NCBI GenBank assembly: GCA_043228905.1
Contig: JBHGNT010000013.1
Coordinates: 9,672,001-9,736,000, forward strand
Reading direction: 5' to 3'
Length of the DNA: 64,000 bases
Source of the DNA: Azolla caroliniana
Lineage: Eukaryota; Plantae; Polypodiophyta
Shown piece after piece: positions 33,926 through 46,900 of the stretch. The translations under genes and the position numbers were made by a program. The first letter of the stretch is position 1, and each line of letters opens with the position of its first letter. The notes beneath the pieces were generated by a model that was not told the DNA's origin, made no database searches, and saw only the letters and a list, made by a program, of their open reading frames with translations.

Positions 33926-36900
33926 ATGCCTCTCCTGCAGCCTTCCAACTCCTTCTTCTTCTCCTCCTCCATCCGCCAATTCGCACTCCGCCCCAGCCCT
34001 CCACGTAAATTAACAAAGCCTTCTCTCTTTCTTCTTCTTCCCTTCCTCTCCTTCTTTGATTTCCTACTTACCTCATCTCTCTGTCTCTTTTGCAGGTCGA
34101 TTCAGTCTCGTGCAGTGCCACTTAATGAGTTCCTCCTCCTCCTCCTCCTCCTCCTCCTCCGTGGAAGAGAGATACTCCACAAACAGGGTTATTAGGCGAG
34201 GAAAAGGCGTGGCCATTGCTTGGTTTAGAAATGATCTCCGCCTTGTCGATAATGAATCTCTATACCGAGCTTGGTCTTCCTCAGAAACGCTTCTTCCTGT
34301 TTACTGCCTCGACCCTAGACTCTTTGAAACAACTACCCACCACTTTGGTTTCCCTAAAACAGGGGGTACGTTAATTCCTCTTCTTTCAATGATGGCATTC
34401 TATTACAACTTTGTTTCTAATTATCATTTTGTTTGAATTTACTCATATATATATATATATATATATATCTCAAAATTCGAAGCTAGTTTTCCAATTTCAA
34501 ATTTTTCAATCGTGTTTTTCCTGGTCTCTAGGATGTTTGTTGTATTCATGTTGAATTCAGCCTGGAATTTAATGGCAATTATTCTCTTTTATTCCCTTCA
34601 AGTTTTAAGGGTTCTGACACCTTTGCCTATTCTTGATCTATATTTAAAGCTGATCTACGAACATAATTGATCAATTACTATCATCATTGACCACTGATCT
34701 TGATCTAAAAATTCTAATCATTGTTTCGCGATTTTTTTTATCCATCTTATTACTTGGATAGTATGATTACATTCTTGATTATCGTTTGGTTTCAACAGAC
34801 TCTACACCATTTTCCTGTTACTGTCATTTTTCGTAATATATTCTGTGTTCTTCAATTGAAAAAGACTAAAGAGGTTAAAAATCACCAAAGGATTACATTG
34901 ATATTCAGAGAGGAGATAAAACCCACAAAAAAACTCCTGTAAATAGAATTTGGCGGTTTGGTTTTTCACCATCTATGTTTGAAAAGATGCGTGAGATTTG
35001 ATGCATGTGTGCTGCCAAACTATGGGTAAATTTCTAAGAAATCATCTCTTCATTGGATTCTTGCATTCTTAATCTATTGTAGAACCCTTCTTAACAATAC
35101 TTGAAGATACATTACCCATGAATATTGTGAGGATGCAAATATGGCAAGATAGTCAGTGCATCGATTTCAGAACCAAACCACCCAATATCAAATAATTAGA
35201 AGCTTAAATAATGTTCATCAACAAGACTTATTACAAGTGACATGTCTTAGAACCTTGAGCCAGAGATCTTAGGTTCGATTCTTCACCATACCTTCAAGAA
35301 AAGCTATGAAAACAAGATGAAAAGATAGAATACAATGAGACAAACAACTTCCAATTTGGGCTCTCTGAGCCTCAAATGGGAAGTAAGCAGGAATAATCTG
35401 TCCCAAAAATGAAGTCCATTGATGAATATGCAGCCATCTTCCTCCACAATCTGTTTGTCTATGCCTCCCTAGACAGACCAATAATCGCCACTGAATCAGC
35501 TTCACAAGGTCGCTCTGACATGGATAAGGTGGTCAATGCATGAATGCCTCCACTCTGAGCTGCAAATAGGAAAGAATGACGTTTAACCCAGAACTTTGTT
35601 GACTCAACAAAGCGTGTTTTTGCATGAGCAAATATTTGTTGGAATTGTCCAAAACATGTAGAGCATGTTGCTGATAACTATCGTTTCAAACACTCACTGC
35701 TTTGTGTCATACGATTCATGCAACAAAATCCAGCTCCTCTACTTTGTCCCACATCGCAGCCTTGTCTGGCCTTCAAAAAGGCGTGTGATAGCTCGTTTGC
35801 TTCTTCCCATTCTAGAGAATGCAGCTCCACCCTTCTTAGGCGTGTTTACCCTTTAGAAATACTGCAGCAAGAGTCAAGAAAAACGCCCTCCATTCTTGTT
35901 TTGGCTTTTTCTTTATGGTTATCTCAAATCCTCTTTAGGATATGCAGTATCTTCTCATTAAAGATTTATCACCAAATTATATATTTGGCCTTTACCAGAA
36001 CATTTTATGTCGTAAGCCATAATCCAGGCATAATTTTCCTCGAATTTTCTTCCTAAATCGCTTTACCTCCATATTCCAAATTCTATGTCGTCTGTGGCAT
36101 TCACTTTGTCATTTAGATGTCTGCCACTTTAGATCCAAAATCAGTAACAAAAATAGTATATTGATGTGTAACCATAATCCAAGCTTTTGTGTAAACATTA
36201 GTTTTATATATGTTTTTTATACTTTTGAGGATTTGAAAATTGATGCAACATGTATGAAACTAGATGATACAACCTAGTCTAAAATTGATTAGTTTCTGTT
36301 TATAAATGAGTGTTCATTGGTTTACTATCAAACTCTCAACTATTAACACTCTCATTCTAATATTAATCAATATTGTCTTTTCTACAAATTACTCGTAACA
36401 TGTTCCCTTTTCTAGTTTTCACTGGAACAAATCTTTGCTTATTCCGGGGGAAAGCTGCAAGTTTACATGAATGAATAACCTTCCGTGGAAGTATTCTACT
36501 AGTTAAGTGCTAACTTTCATAAGTAAGAAAAGATGTAACGTATTCATCTTCGGATTCAATTCTTATTATAAAGGAAAAATCTATGATTATGTGTAATCAA
36601 TGTACAGACTATAATGACAACTTCCTATCAAACAATGTTAGGACTCCAACTTGAGAATTCAGTACTACGATAACTTTATAGAGAGGGTCAGATGCAAAAT
36701 GTCAACTGTGTTAAGTGTTCCTCCAGGTTTTATGATACTTCTAATTTCAGTAGTTTGCCATACTTGTTGAAATTCATGTAATGATATACATACATTTCCA
36801 CCTCATAGGCATTCAGCACTTACTTTAAATGCCATTCCTGGTAATTTAAAATATGTTTTCGTCCATTGCGATGCCCAAAACTTGAGTGTATGTTACATTC

Positions 36901-39900
36901 TTCAGAGCACGTCAGGCTACAATATTCTCAAGATCGTCCTTGTATTACCCTCATGTGCACTATATTTATTCCATAGAGTATCAAGAGTCCAGACAGTGTT
37001 TTGCCTTTGTTCTTTTGTGTGTACACATTTCCTTTCTTGGTTAATCAAAGAAACTAGTCCTTGGAAAATAAAGTCTTTCTTGAGACTGCTAAAATCTGAG
37101 ACTTCTGTGAAGATATCAGAGTTTTTAGAGATTCTTATAAATGTAATTCTTCCCAGTGGCCTAGTAAATACTTAGAAAATGATGACGATGATTTTTACGT
37201 ATTTGCACTCATTTTGACCACCCATAATAAGCTGAAGACATAAAAGAGTTGTTTATAGATTATAGATTATGTGTAAAAGAGTTGTTTTGATTTGGAGACC
37301 ATAAATTGAGCAGGTTTTCCGGAGGTCACAAATTATGATAATAAAATTACGCGAACCAAACTTGTTGATTCCTGATTGTTCTAGAGGATTGATATATTTT
37401 TGAGAGATTTATTGATCATTTGATGATACAACTTTTATGTAGAGTACGGGAATTTGAGAATCAGCCAATTATTTTTCCCATTATGAAAGTTTATTAACTG
37501 GCATATTTGTTGATGCTGTTCCGTTATTTCATTAGTTCATGCTATTGACATCTTAGGCTAAATGCTCATTTTCTGTTCCGTAGAGCTTCGGGCTAAGTTC
37601 ATCCTTGAGGGACTAGCTGATTTACGGAAAAATTTGAAGAAAAGGGGTCTGGACTTATATGTAGAATATGGAAAGCCAGAAAATATCCTACCAAGGCTGG
37701 CTGGATTGACCTCTGCACACACTGTAATGCCTCTCTTCCCTCACCTTTTTTATTCCTAAATATTGATGTAAATGAGTAACCTACCACAACAGGTTGTGTC
37801 CAATGAGAAGTAAAATTTCGTGTCAGTATATTCATCATAGAATAAGATGTTAGCCAAAGATTGTGAACTTTATAGGGTTAGAGTCTAATTTTCTTTTGAA
37901 AGAATTATAAGACTTAACAACTTAGAATATTCAAATATGGTGACTATATATTTATAATACAGCATGTGATGCAAGATTTTGATGATGGAACCAAGGTTGT
38001 TTACTTTAATTGCAAATGGAAAGTGGTATGAAGAGGAGATAGCATTTGCATTTTCCTTTATGATTCTTCCCTGATCTAGATTATTAAGTGAATATTAAGG
38101 CTTCACCATACGAATTTCAAGCTGATTTTTATTGAGTAGGAAGCCAATGTTTTGTAGTATCTCTAGTGCCTTTTCTTTTAGGTCCAATCTCACCAAACAC
38201 ATTCGATAAATGGATTTATACATTTATATGATGAAGTCATAAGAAGGAACCTGCCTTAGCTTGTGCATCTTTATCTTTCTGTGTCATTGTTTGATTTCTC
38301 CATCTGCTTATAGTTTCTAGTTTAAGATTTACTTTTTTATTTCAGGCAACCTCAATTAGATAATGTTATTGGCTACAAATTAACATTTAACTCATAGATC
38401 TGACATGTGGTTTTTAAACTCAATATGTACCAGTGGTTCTAGGGATATGTATGGAGCTCGCCTTATTCAAAAATTTCAAATTTCATCGTCCTTGAATGAA
38501 TATTTCCATTCTTGAAAGAATAAGAGGATATTGATACGATAGTAGATATCCAAGGCTTGATGATATTTAATTGGATGAAAAGTCCAAATCTGAACTTCTG
38601 GACCATCTTTGTAGGTTGTCGATCAATAAATAACATGGTGTAGGTGATTGGGGTTCCTCAAGATTATGTGAACCCCTTCCTCTTCTCCATGCCTCTTGGA
38701 TGAGAGAATGCAGCCTTTATTATGCTAAAAGGAGTTGTGATTCCTACTACTCAAACAGAACATGCATTTAGCCAGGGTTGTCAATGTATTAGGATAAGCC
38801 TTATCTGTTCCTCTTATTCTACACATGGCTGATTGCCTTTTTTTGCTCATGTCTGTGCTGTAGTTAATTGGCACCCAAATTGACTATATCCTCACATTTT
38901 AAGGATTTAAATTCAAGTCTTCCTATGAAGACATTGCAACTGCTTACTAAGTTTCCAGAGCTCTACAACAGTCATAATGATAAACTACCACTATTAGATT
39001 CTGTTGATAAAAAGGAAAAGGATAATGTTGACAAAGTTTACACATGATCCATTTTCTTGAGAGACGTCGCACAAATTATAGCATATCATCAGAATCTCTA
39101 ATCAATAACTATCTTCCTAGTCTGCAAAATAGTTATATAAGAGACCCCAGGTGTTATCCTCGTCCAACATTTCTATTAAAGTGTCCAAATACCAATATAT
39201 CATGTAGTAAAGCAATATTATGATAATTTGTGATACATCCTTCTCTAGATTCATATCATATCCAGCGGAATTCTTACGAACCTAACTCCCAAAGGAACTC
39301 TGGCGGTTTGTGACAGTTGACCATCATATAATTGTTATGATAAGCAGAAGGGTGACCACCTTTTGTAGGCTCCCAGCCATTCTGCACATTATGATCCCCA
39401 TCTCTCCAAAAGTAAGTGCTAACTAAGCTGGAAATGGTGGATAGTGACTCTTTATATTGTTTATTATCATGCAATGTGACTTGATCATAAATGTTAGTAA
39501 CTTATTTATCTAAATCCTTTTGTAACTCTAGGATGTCTTGAATTCCTCAGTAGGAAATGTATTTGTTTTCTGTTTTGTTTAGTAGGTTTCTTTGCACTAA
39601 TTGAATCTCAGGGTAGATATTCTGATAATGATCACACTGTTAGATATTATGCAATTTATAATATATTCTCCGTACAAATTCAGTGGCAATTTTTTTTTAA
39701 CAAATCATAATTTCTAAAACAAGGATATTTGTTTAATTTAACGTAGCAGTTACTTTTGCAAATGCAATTACTGTACCAAAGATTTTTATTTGCAGATTTT
39801 TGCCCAGAAGGAAACCTGTAGTGAAGAGTTAATAGTTGAGAAACTTGTAAAGAAAAGTCTTCAGAAAGTTAAGCTGAATGGAAGGCAGGCTACAATGGGT

Positions 39901-42900
39901 GTGTATGAAAGCCTGAATTCGCAGTTCCCACAATTGGAGCTTGTTTGGGGCAGCACAATGTATCACCTTGATGATTTGCCCTTTTCTGCTGCTCAGCTCC
40001 CAGATGTTTACACACAGTTCCGAAAGGTCAATAGAGGTTAAAATAATATGTGAGAAATATAATTATGTTTTTATTTACTTATCAACTTATAATCTTCCTG
40101 TAGGCTGTTGAGGCTCGGTCGACAGTACGGCCATGCTTCAAGGTACCGGTTTCACTAGCACCTCCCCCAAAGAGTTTCATCGGCAGTGATATAGAATGGG
40201 GAAACATCCCGACACTAGAACAGTTAGGGTTACAACCACGAGATAAGGTTTTCTTGTTGATTTTATATCTGACATAAGAAATTTAGTTTTTCACAGTTTT
40301 TTGGAAAATACCTGTAATTCTCATTTGAAAGAATATGTTTTCTATCTACTAGACCTCTCTTGGCGTGATGGAATTTAATGGAGGGGAGACTGCAGTTTTC
40401 CATCGTCTTCATGACTACTTTTGGGAAAAGGTTAGTGACAAAATCCCAAGTTACTCTCTTTTTTTATTCAAATATTTGGATACTTTGTAAAGATGAAAAT
40501 GTAAATGAATGTAATCTGGTTCTAACTCGCTAAGATATTATTATAAGAACGTTGATAAGTTAAATTGTATTGTGAATAGTAATTGTATCTAGTTCTAACT
40601 ATAGCTGAAAAAGGAGAAATATCTTGTCAATGAAACTTTTAATGAAGCTTTGGTTTTAGTTATGCATGATTTTTTTACTCTCAATCAATAAAGTATTTTG
40701 CAGTGTCTTTGAAAATTAAATGTTTTTGACAGTCATTTGGTTTGCATATAATAAATATCTATGGATAGGTATTTTTCTTATAAAATTGCAGCTTCTTCAC
40801 TACAGGACCGATTACGTGTTTACAAGGAGACTAGAAATGGGATGTTAGGTGCAGACTATTCAAGCAAATTTTCACCTTGGCTTGCAGCTGGGTTCATTTC
40901 TCCTCGGCTTATTTATGAGGAAGTATGTTCTTCTATATCAGCATTTGTTCTATACATGAATTGAACAGGATGTATGGTAGAGGTACTTTCAAAATAATGA
41001 GCTAAAGAGTACCATGTGAATTAATAGGTGAAGCGATATGAGAAGGAAAGGATATCCAATGATTCTACATATTGGTAATTTTCAATGTGATTTTATAACT
41101 ATCGGAATATTTGAATCTAACCATTGCAGCTTTCCTTTCTAGGCTGCTTTTTGAGCTTCTCTGGAGGGACTATTTTCGCTTTCTGTCGATTAAGTATGGA
41201 GATGCAATTTTTCATTTGGGTTAGTAACTGTACATGTATATGAATCACTTTTCAGTATATCTATTCTAAGGTTGGCTGCATTCCATTTAGAGGGCCCGAG
41301 GAAGGTGAAAGGAATAAACTGGAGCCAGAATAAAGAGCTTTTTGAGTTCTGGCGAACAGGATCTACAGGGTAAACCTCAAGTAAAGAAGATTATTTTGTT
41401 CGTTAAACTTGCATTCAAAGTCGAAGATGATGAATATATTTGCAACAGCTATCCTCTCATTGATGCAAACATGAAGGAGCTCATATCAACCGGATTCATG
41501 TCAAATCGTGGACGGCAGGTAGACTGCTCAACACTGTAGAGTTTGATTGCTAAACTTGTTTGCCATTTCTCGATATATGCTTAAATGGCTTCCAATGTGG
41601 CCATTGCAGCAAGCCGGATTTTGTTTTTCAATGCATTAACGGCAAATAACCATGTATTGTAAATAACATGTGCAAATATTGACTCCTTTGATGTAGAAGA
41701 AATAGTTGTTTCAGCTTTCAGTTTGCTTCTTCCTTTACTAAGTTTTCGTCTCTAGCGAAGTCCATGCCGCCTGCATAAAACTCACAAGCCAATGCTAAAA
41801 ACGATGATGCGGCAAAGATTCCCTAGAAAGTTCTCAATAGAGGTCCAATCTGGATGTCATCGTGGGGAAAGATAATATGAAACCAGTCAGTTATATTCAT
41901 ATTCATAATCATTCTCAAAGTCTAACTATTGCAATCCTAAAGTTTCTTTTAACGAATAGACAACATTTCATGTCTCACAAAGTGATGCAATCCCAATGTT
42001 TCCAGACGACCAATATAATGTAGATGAAGTCAAATGGGCTCACATGCATATTCTACTCATCAAAACATTTTCATAATCTAATCTTATGAATTCTCCCACC
42101 TGTAATTTAAGATTTAAATGTGTTGCAAAAACATATTATCATAGTGTAATCTGATGAAATCTATTGACAAATAGCTTTAATGTAGGATACATTTGCCTCA
42201 TGTAAGATTCCTGCTAGTAATAAAGTTATTGCAACTGTAAATGGTTCCTGCATATTAAACGTAATGAAGTTCGTTTTCCTGCAGATTGTTTGTTCATTTC
42301 TTGTTAGAGATATGGGAATCGACTGGCGTATGGGAGCAGAGTGGTTTGAAAGCTGCCTTCTGGATTATGATCCATGCTCCAATTATGGCAATTGGACTTA
42401 TGGTGCAGGTAAGTTACAGACACATGCATACATACATAGATAGATACACACACACACACACACACACGTGGATTCTGAATGGAAGGTCTGAACACATTTC
42501 AAGTATTGTTTGATTAAAGGTGTTGCAAATGTGAACTATATGATATACAGGGGTTGGGAATGATCCAAGGGAGGACCGCTATTTCAGTATTCCAAAGCAG
42601 GTGGTAGCTTTGTGTCCGTGTTTGAAGTAAGATATATGCTGTTTTCTATTTCTATGTTAAAATTTCCGATTAATACTTATTTTTCATGCATAGCCCAGGC
42701 TCAAAATTATGATCCAGATGGTGAGTATGTTGCACACTGGATACCAGAGATAGCAAGACTGCCCAAATTCCAGAGGCATTCTCCAGGACGTGCCTACTTA
42801 AAGCCAGTTGTCCCGTTAAAGTTCAGTGCCCCAAGGCAGTCACAGAATCCTAGGGCAGGCAGTAACATGTTTTTCAAGAACAGTGACAATAGGAGTGGTG

Positions 42901-42929
42901 GAGGCAGACGTGATGGTGGTTATCGTTGA
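33926..42929 (+). CDS. CRYD: Cryptochrome DASH (CRY3) with an N-terminal organellar transit peptide. Exons: 33926-34004, 34096-34365, 37584-37723, 39796-40026, 40104-40247, 40353-40430, 40806-40922, 41028-41074, 41143-41219, 41291-41369, 41449-41518, 42285-42408, 42551-42600, 42699-42929
   Basis: Motifs [94 protein letters not shown]. All introns are GT-AG with consistent phases. Confidence 0.96.
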
Positions 42930-42998
42930 TTGGCTTATGCAGTGTAACTGGTTAGCTCTATTCTGCCTTTATTTGTGATCAGTTCATCTCTCGCACCC

Positions 42999-43001
42999 TA
43001 T

Positions 43002-43048
<47 letters not shown>

Positions 43049-43049
43049 T
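42999..43049 (+). repeat. (TATT)n microsatellite in the CRY-DASH 3' UTR
   Basis: Direct reading, about 12 units. Confidence 0.9.
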
Positions 43050-43272
43050 TGGACATCCCTGAAGTTGTGGTTTCCCTCTATGGGTCTCTTGACATTTTTA
43101 TTGCCTTGCCATTCATGTATGTATTCATCATTTTTTCCTCACTGGATACTTGTCATAAACAAAGTTTATGTTTGATATGGGAAACTAATAAAAGATAGGA
43201 GATTTCCTTCGCCAAAAATCATTCTAAATATGAGACAAATAAATAGTAATAGGAATATTTGTGAAAGTTAGT

Positions 43273-43520
43273 GTTAGATGCTCAATTATGAGCATTCAAG
43301 TACTTGTCAGTACTTGAGTCAGCCTATGTCAGAGGCTTGTAAATAAACTGCTCCCCGAGCACAGTTGTCTGTACAGAGTTATGTTTTAGTAATAGAGATT
43401 ATTGTCTGCTCACTCTGTCTCTCCCACTCTAGCTCTGTGTTTACCTAACTGTTTGTTTTTGGACAACCGACTGTGTACTCTATGTTTCGCATAATGCTTC
43501 CCACATATCTCTTTTCGCAG
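43273..43520 (+). mobile_element. Diverged LTR fragment related to the Copia LTR at 12561-12983 (opposite orientation)
   Basis: TATGAGCATTCAAGTACT, TGTTTACCTAACTGT and GACTGTGTACTC match the reverse complement of 12561-12815. Confidence 0.65.
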
Positions 43521-43967
43521 TTACATGTAAATTTAGTTTGATCAGACGCATTTGTAAATCTAGTTTGATAAAGGGCTTTTCTAGGTTGTCATTGGCTAGA
43601 ATAGGATCAGAAGTAAACGCTTGCTTTAGTTCATCAAAAGCTCTAGCTGCACTAGGATTCAAGGTGAACGACTTGATCTTTTATATAAGCTTTATGAGAG
43701 GCATCACAATATTCAAATAATTCTTAATAAATTTGCAGTAAAAATTTGCAAATTCCAAGAAACATTAAACGTTTGTTTGTCAATATAGAATTTGTGGAAT
43801 CTTTGATGGATCCATAGATATACCAATTGTTGTGAAACCAGTTATCCCAAAAATTCTATGTGGTTACGATCAAAGCTACATTTCTTGAGTTTTTGATAGA
43901 GCCCATAATCCCTTCAACGCATGCTCATGTCATCCTCCTCTTGGGGCTTGGAGTAGATCAAGATATC

Positions 43968-46900
43968 TGTAAAGAATCTAAGTCTAGTAGAGTTTGGTAT
44001 TCAGAAGCGTAGTGTGTGTGTGTGAGAGAGAGAGAGAGTGAGTGAATGTATAAGCAAGAGAAGGAATTACAGAGAATAACCAAAAAAATAAGAAAACACA
44101 CAGTAGGGGGATGACAACTTATGCACTTAAGAGAGCTATATTAATTATCTAAAGATCAACTAAATTGAATGGCCAGAGGGGGTTTTATATACAAGTTCTC
44201 AAGGGATTGCCCTATTAAATTTGTTGGTGGAATCTAACCAAGATATCCACTTGAGAACAATTTTGTCATAAGAATATCTAATATTGTTTGACCACACTAA
44301 CACTCGACAACTACACGGATTACAATAAAGTGTGCTCTCACACACTCGACAACTACACGGATTATAATAAAGTGTGCTCACACACTTTTTCATACATCGT
44401 CCTTTTCTTTATAAGCACATGTTCACACAAGTTGAGCTTGATTCTCAACACGCCCCCTCAAGGTCGATTATGTGTCCTCTTAAGCTTGGTTGTCTTAGTG
44501 TAGTTGAAGACCTAACTGTAGTTGGTCGGACTACTAGACCGTGGTTTTCCCATTGTTCCTATGCACTCGATCTTGAGCTAGCAATATCGATCTTGCCAAT
44601 CCAAAATTTCGAGCTTCAAAAATTCTGTGCTTTGGAAAGTCTTCCTCTAACTTTCCGGGTCAAGTCGGATTAGATGTGCTAGCCTTACTTTGCCCATGCC
44701 GGTCTCACTCTTCCTCTTGTATGGTGTTGATTCTCCATGTTTTCCTTCGTCTTTGTACTTTTACTCTCCCCCAAGCTCAGCATATTGAGTGGTCTAAGGC
44801 CTAGATCCACTGAGGATTGGCGTAGCTTGTCGAGACCTAGCGCCTTAGTGAAAATATCAGCCACTTGCATGTTGGTGCCAACGTATTGGAGGTCAATGTC
44901 ACTGGCCAATATGCGCTCACGGATGTAATGATAGTGCACCTCGATGTGCTTAGTCCGGGCGTGAAACACCGGATTCTTTGCAAGCTGGATGTTGCTGAGA
45001 TTATCGTAGTGGATCAGTATTGGCCTGTTCACCAATTCATTGAAGTCTTTCAATAGTCTTTTAAGCCATACAGCTTCGCAAGTAGTTACAGTTGCATCCC
45101 TATACTCCGCCTCAGTGCTCGATAGAGCGACTGTTGGTTGTTTATTGCTGCTCCAAGAGATTGCTCCACTACCGAGTGAAAACATAAATCCCAAAGTGGA
45201 TCGCCTATCATATGCATTTGCGGCCCAATCAACATCCGTGAAGCCTTCGAGTCGAAGTGGTGCTCCATGTTTATAGAAGATACCATAATCAAGTGTTCCA
45301 CTAATATAATGTAACACTCGCTTAGCACAATCCATGTGAGTGTCGCGGGGGGTTTCCATGAACTGGCTAAGAACCCCGACCGGATAGCTGAGGTCTAGTC
45401 GGGTGATAGTTAAGTAGATAAGACTCCCAATTATTTGGCGATACTGTGTCGGCTCACAGAATTTTCCAGAATCTGTTGTTAGCTTCATATTTCGATCAAG
45501 GGGTGTTGAGATGAACTTACACTCGGTCATTCCGAACTTGTAGAGCAAGTTCAACACATAGTGTCATTGTGAGAGTAGGAACCCTTCTGGAATTTAAATG
45601 ACCTCGATGCCGAGAAAATAATGTAAGTCATTCAGATCCTTCATCTCGAACTTCTGCAAAAGCAGCTTTTTAATCTTTTGTGTCTCGGTGAGGCTTTCTC
45701 CACCAATGACAAGGTCATCTACATATAAGATTAAGAAGATGGGGCTTTTGGGATTGTTCTGAACATACAACGAGTTATCAAATTTTGACATCTGGAAGCC
45801 AATGTCGTGAAGCTATGATGTGATCTTTGAATGCCATGCCCTTGGGGCTTGCTTCAGTCCATAGACGGCTTCTTCAATCGGCAAACCACATGTGGATGTT
45901 TGTTTGATTCGAAGCCATGTGGTTGCATCATGTAAACTTCCTCCTCGAGCTCACCTTGGAGGAATGCGTTCTTCACATCCATTTGATGCAAGTGCCATCC
46001 TTTCGTTGCTGCAAGAGCAATTACTGTCCTCATAGTGGTCATTTTTGCCACCGGGGCAAATGTCTCCTCATAGTCTATGCCATGGGTTTGAGCATACCCT
46101 TTGGCGACTAGCCGAACCTTGAACCGATTGACCGTGCCATCTGTATTATGCTTTATCTTGAACCAATTGGCTTTTTCTTGATTTCAGAGGATGGGACTAA
46201 ATCCCAAGTATCATTGTCAAACAGCACATGCATCTCCTCCCTCATTGCCTCGATCCACCGGGGATCTTGGGCAACTTCTTTATAAGTCTCAGGTTCTTGG
46301 TTAGCTGCGACCTTCATTATGAATGCATAGTGGTGGGCCATGTATTCATTGTACCTTAACTTAACTATCGGGCTCTTTTGTTGGTTTGATTGGCGGAGTT
46401 TTCCTTTGGTCATTTCCGGGGCCTTCTTCATTTCATACTTGTTGTGGACTAATCGAGGTGAATGATCTGAGTCTTCATTGGATGCCATGTCCTTGGCCTC
46501 TTGATCAGGCATCTTGCCCTTTTCTTTCTTTCTACGGGTGTAGCACAAAGGTGACAGCACATCAGAGGTTTCTTCATGTTGTGCAAGACTCTAATTGCTG
46601 GATGACACCTCAAGTCCAGTCAGCTGGAGTGTGGGCAGACTCTCTTTTGGTTCTCCACCCATAATGGTCGTTAGCATCTCTTCTTCTTCACTCTAAGAAT
46701 CTGCTCCAGATCTACTTGTTTCGAGCACGGTGGGGGTCACTGATGTTGGGCCATACCATGATGTCACCTCATCAAATACCACATCTTGGCTTACTCGTGA
46801 CTGTCGAGTGATGGGGTTAAAACACTTGTAACCCTTTTGCTCAAGTGAGTAACCAACGAGGATCATCTTCTCTGATTTTGGGTCAAGCTTTCTCCGCTTC

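Noticed and set aside
35240-39500. LINE remnants in CRY-DASH introns 2 and 3 (e.g. IGVPQD..PFLF at ~38647)
   Set aside because: Suggestive but too decayed to delimit or classify without a search.
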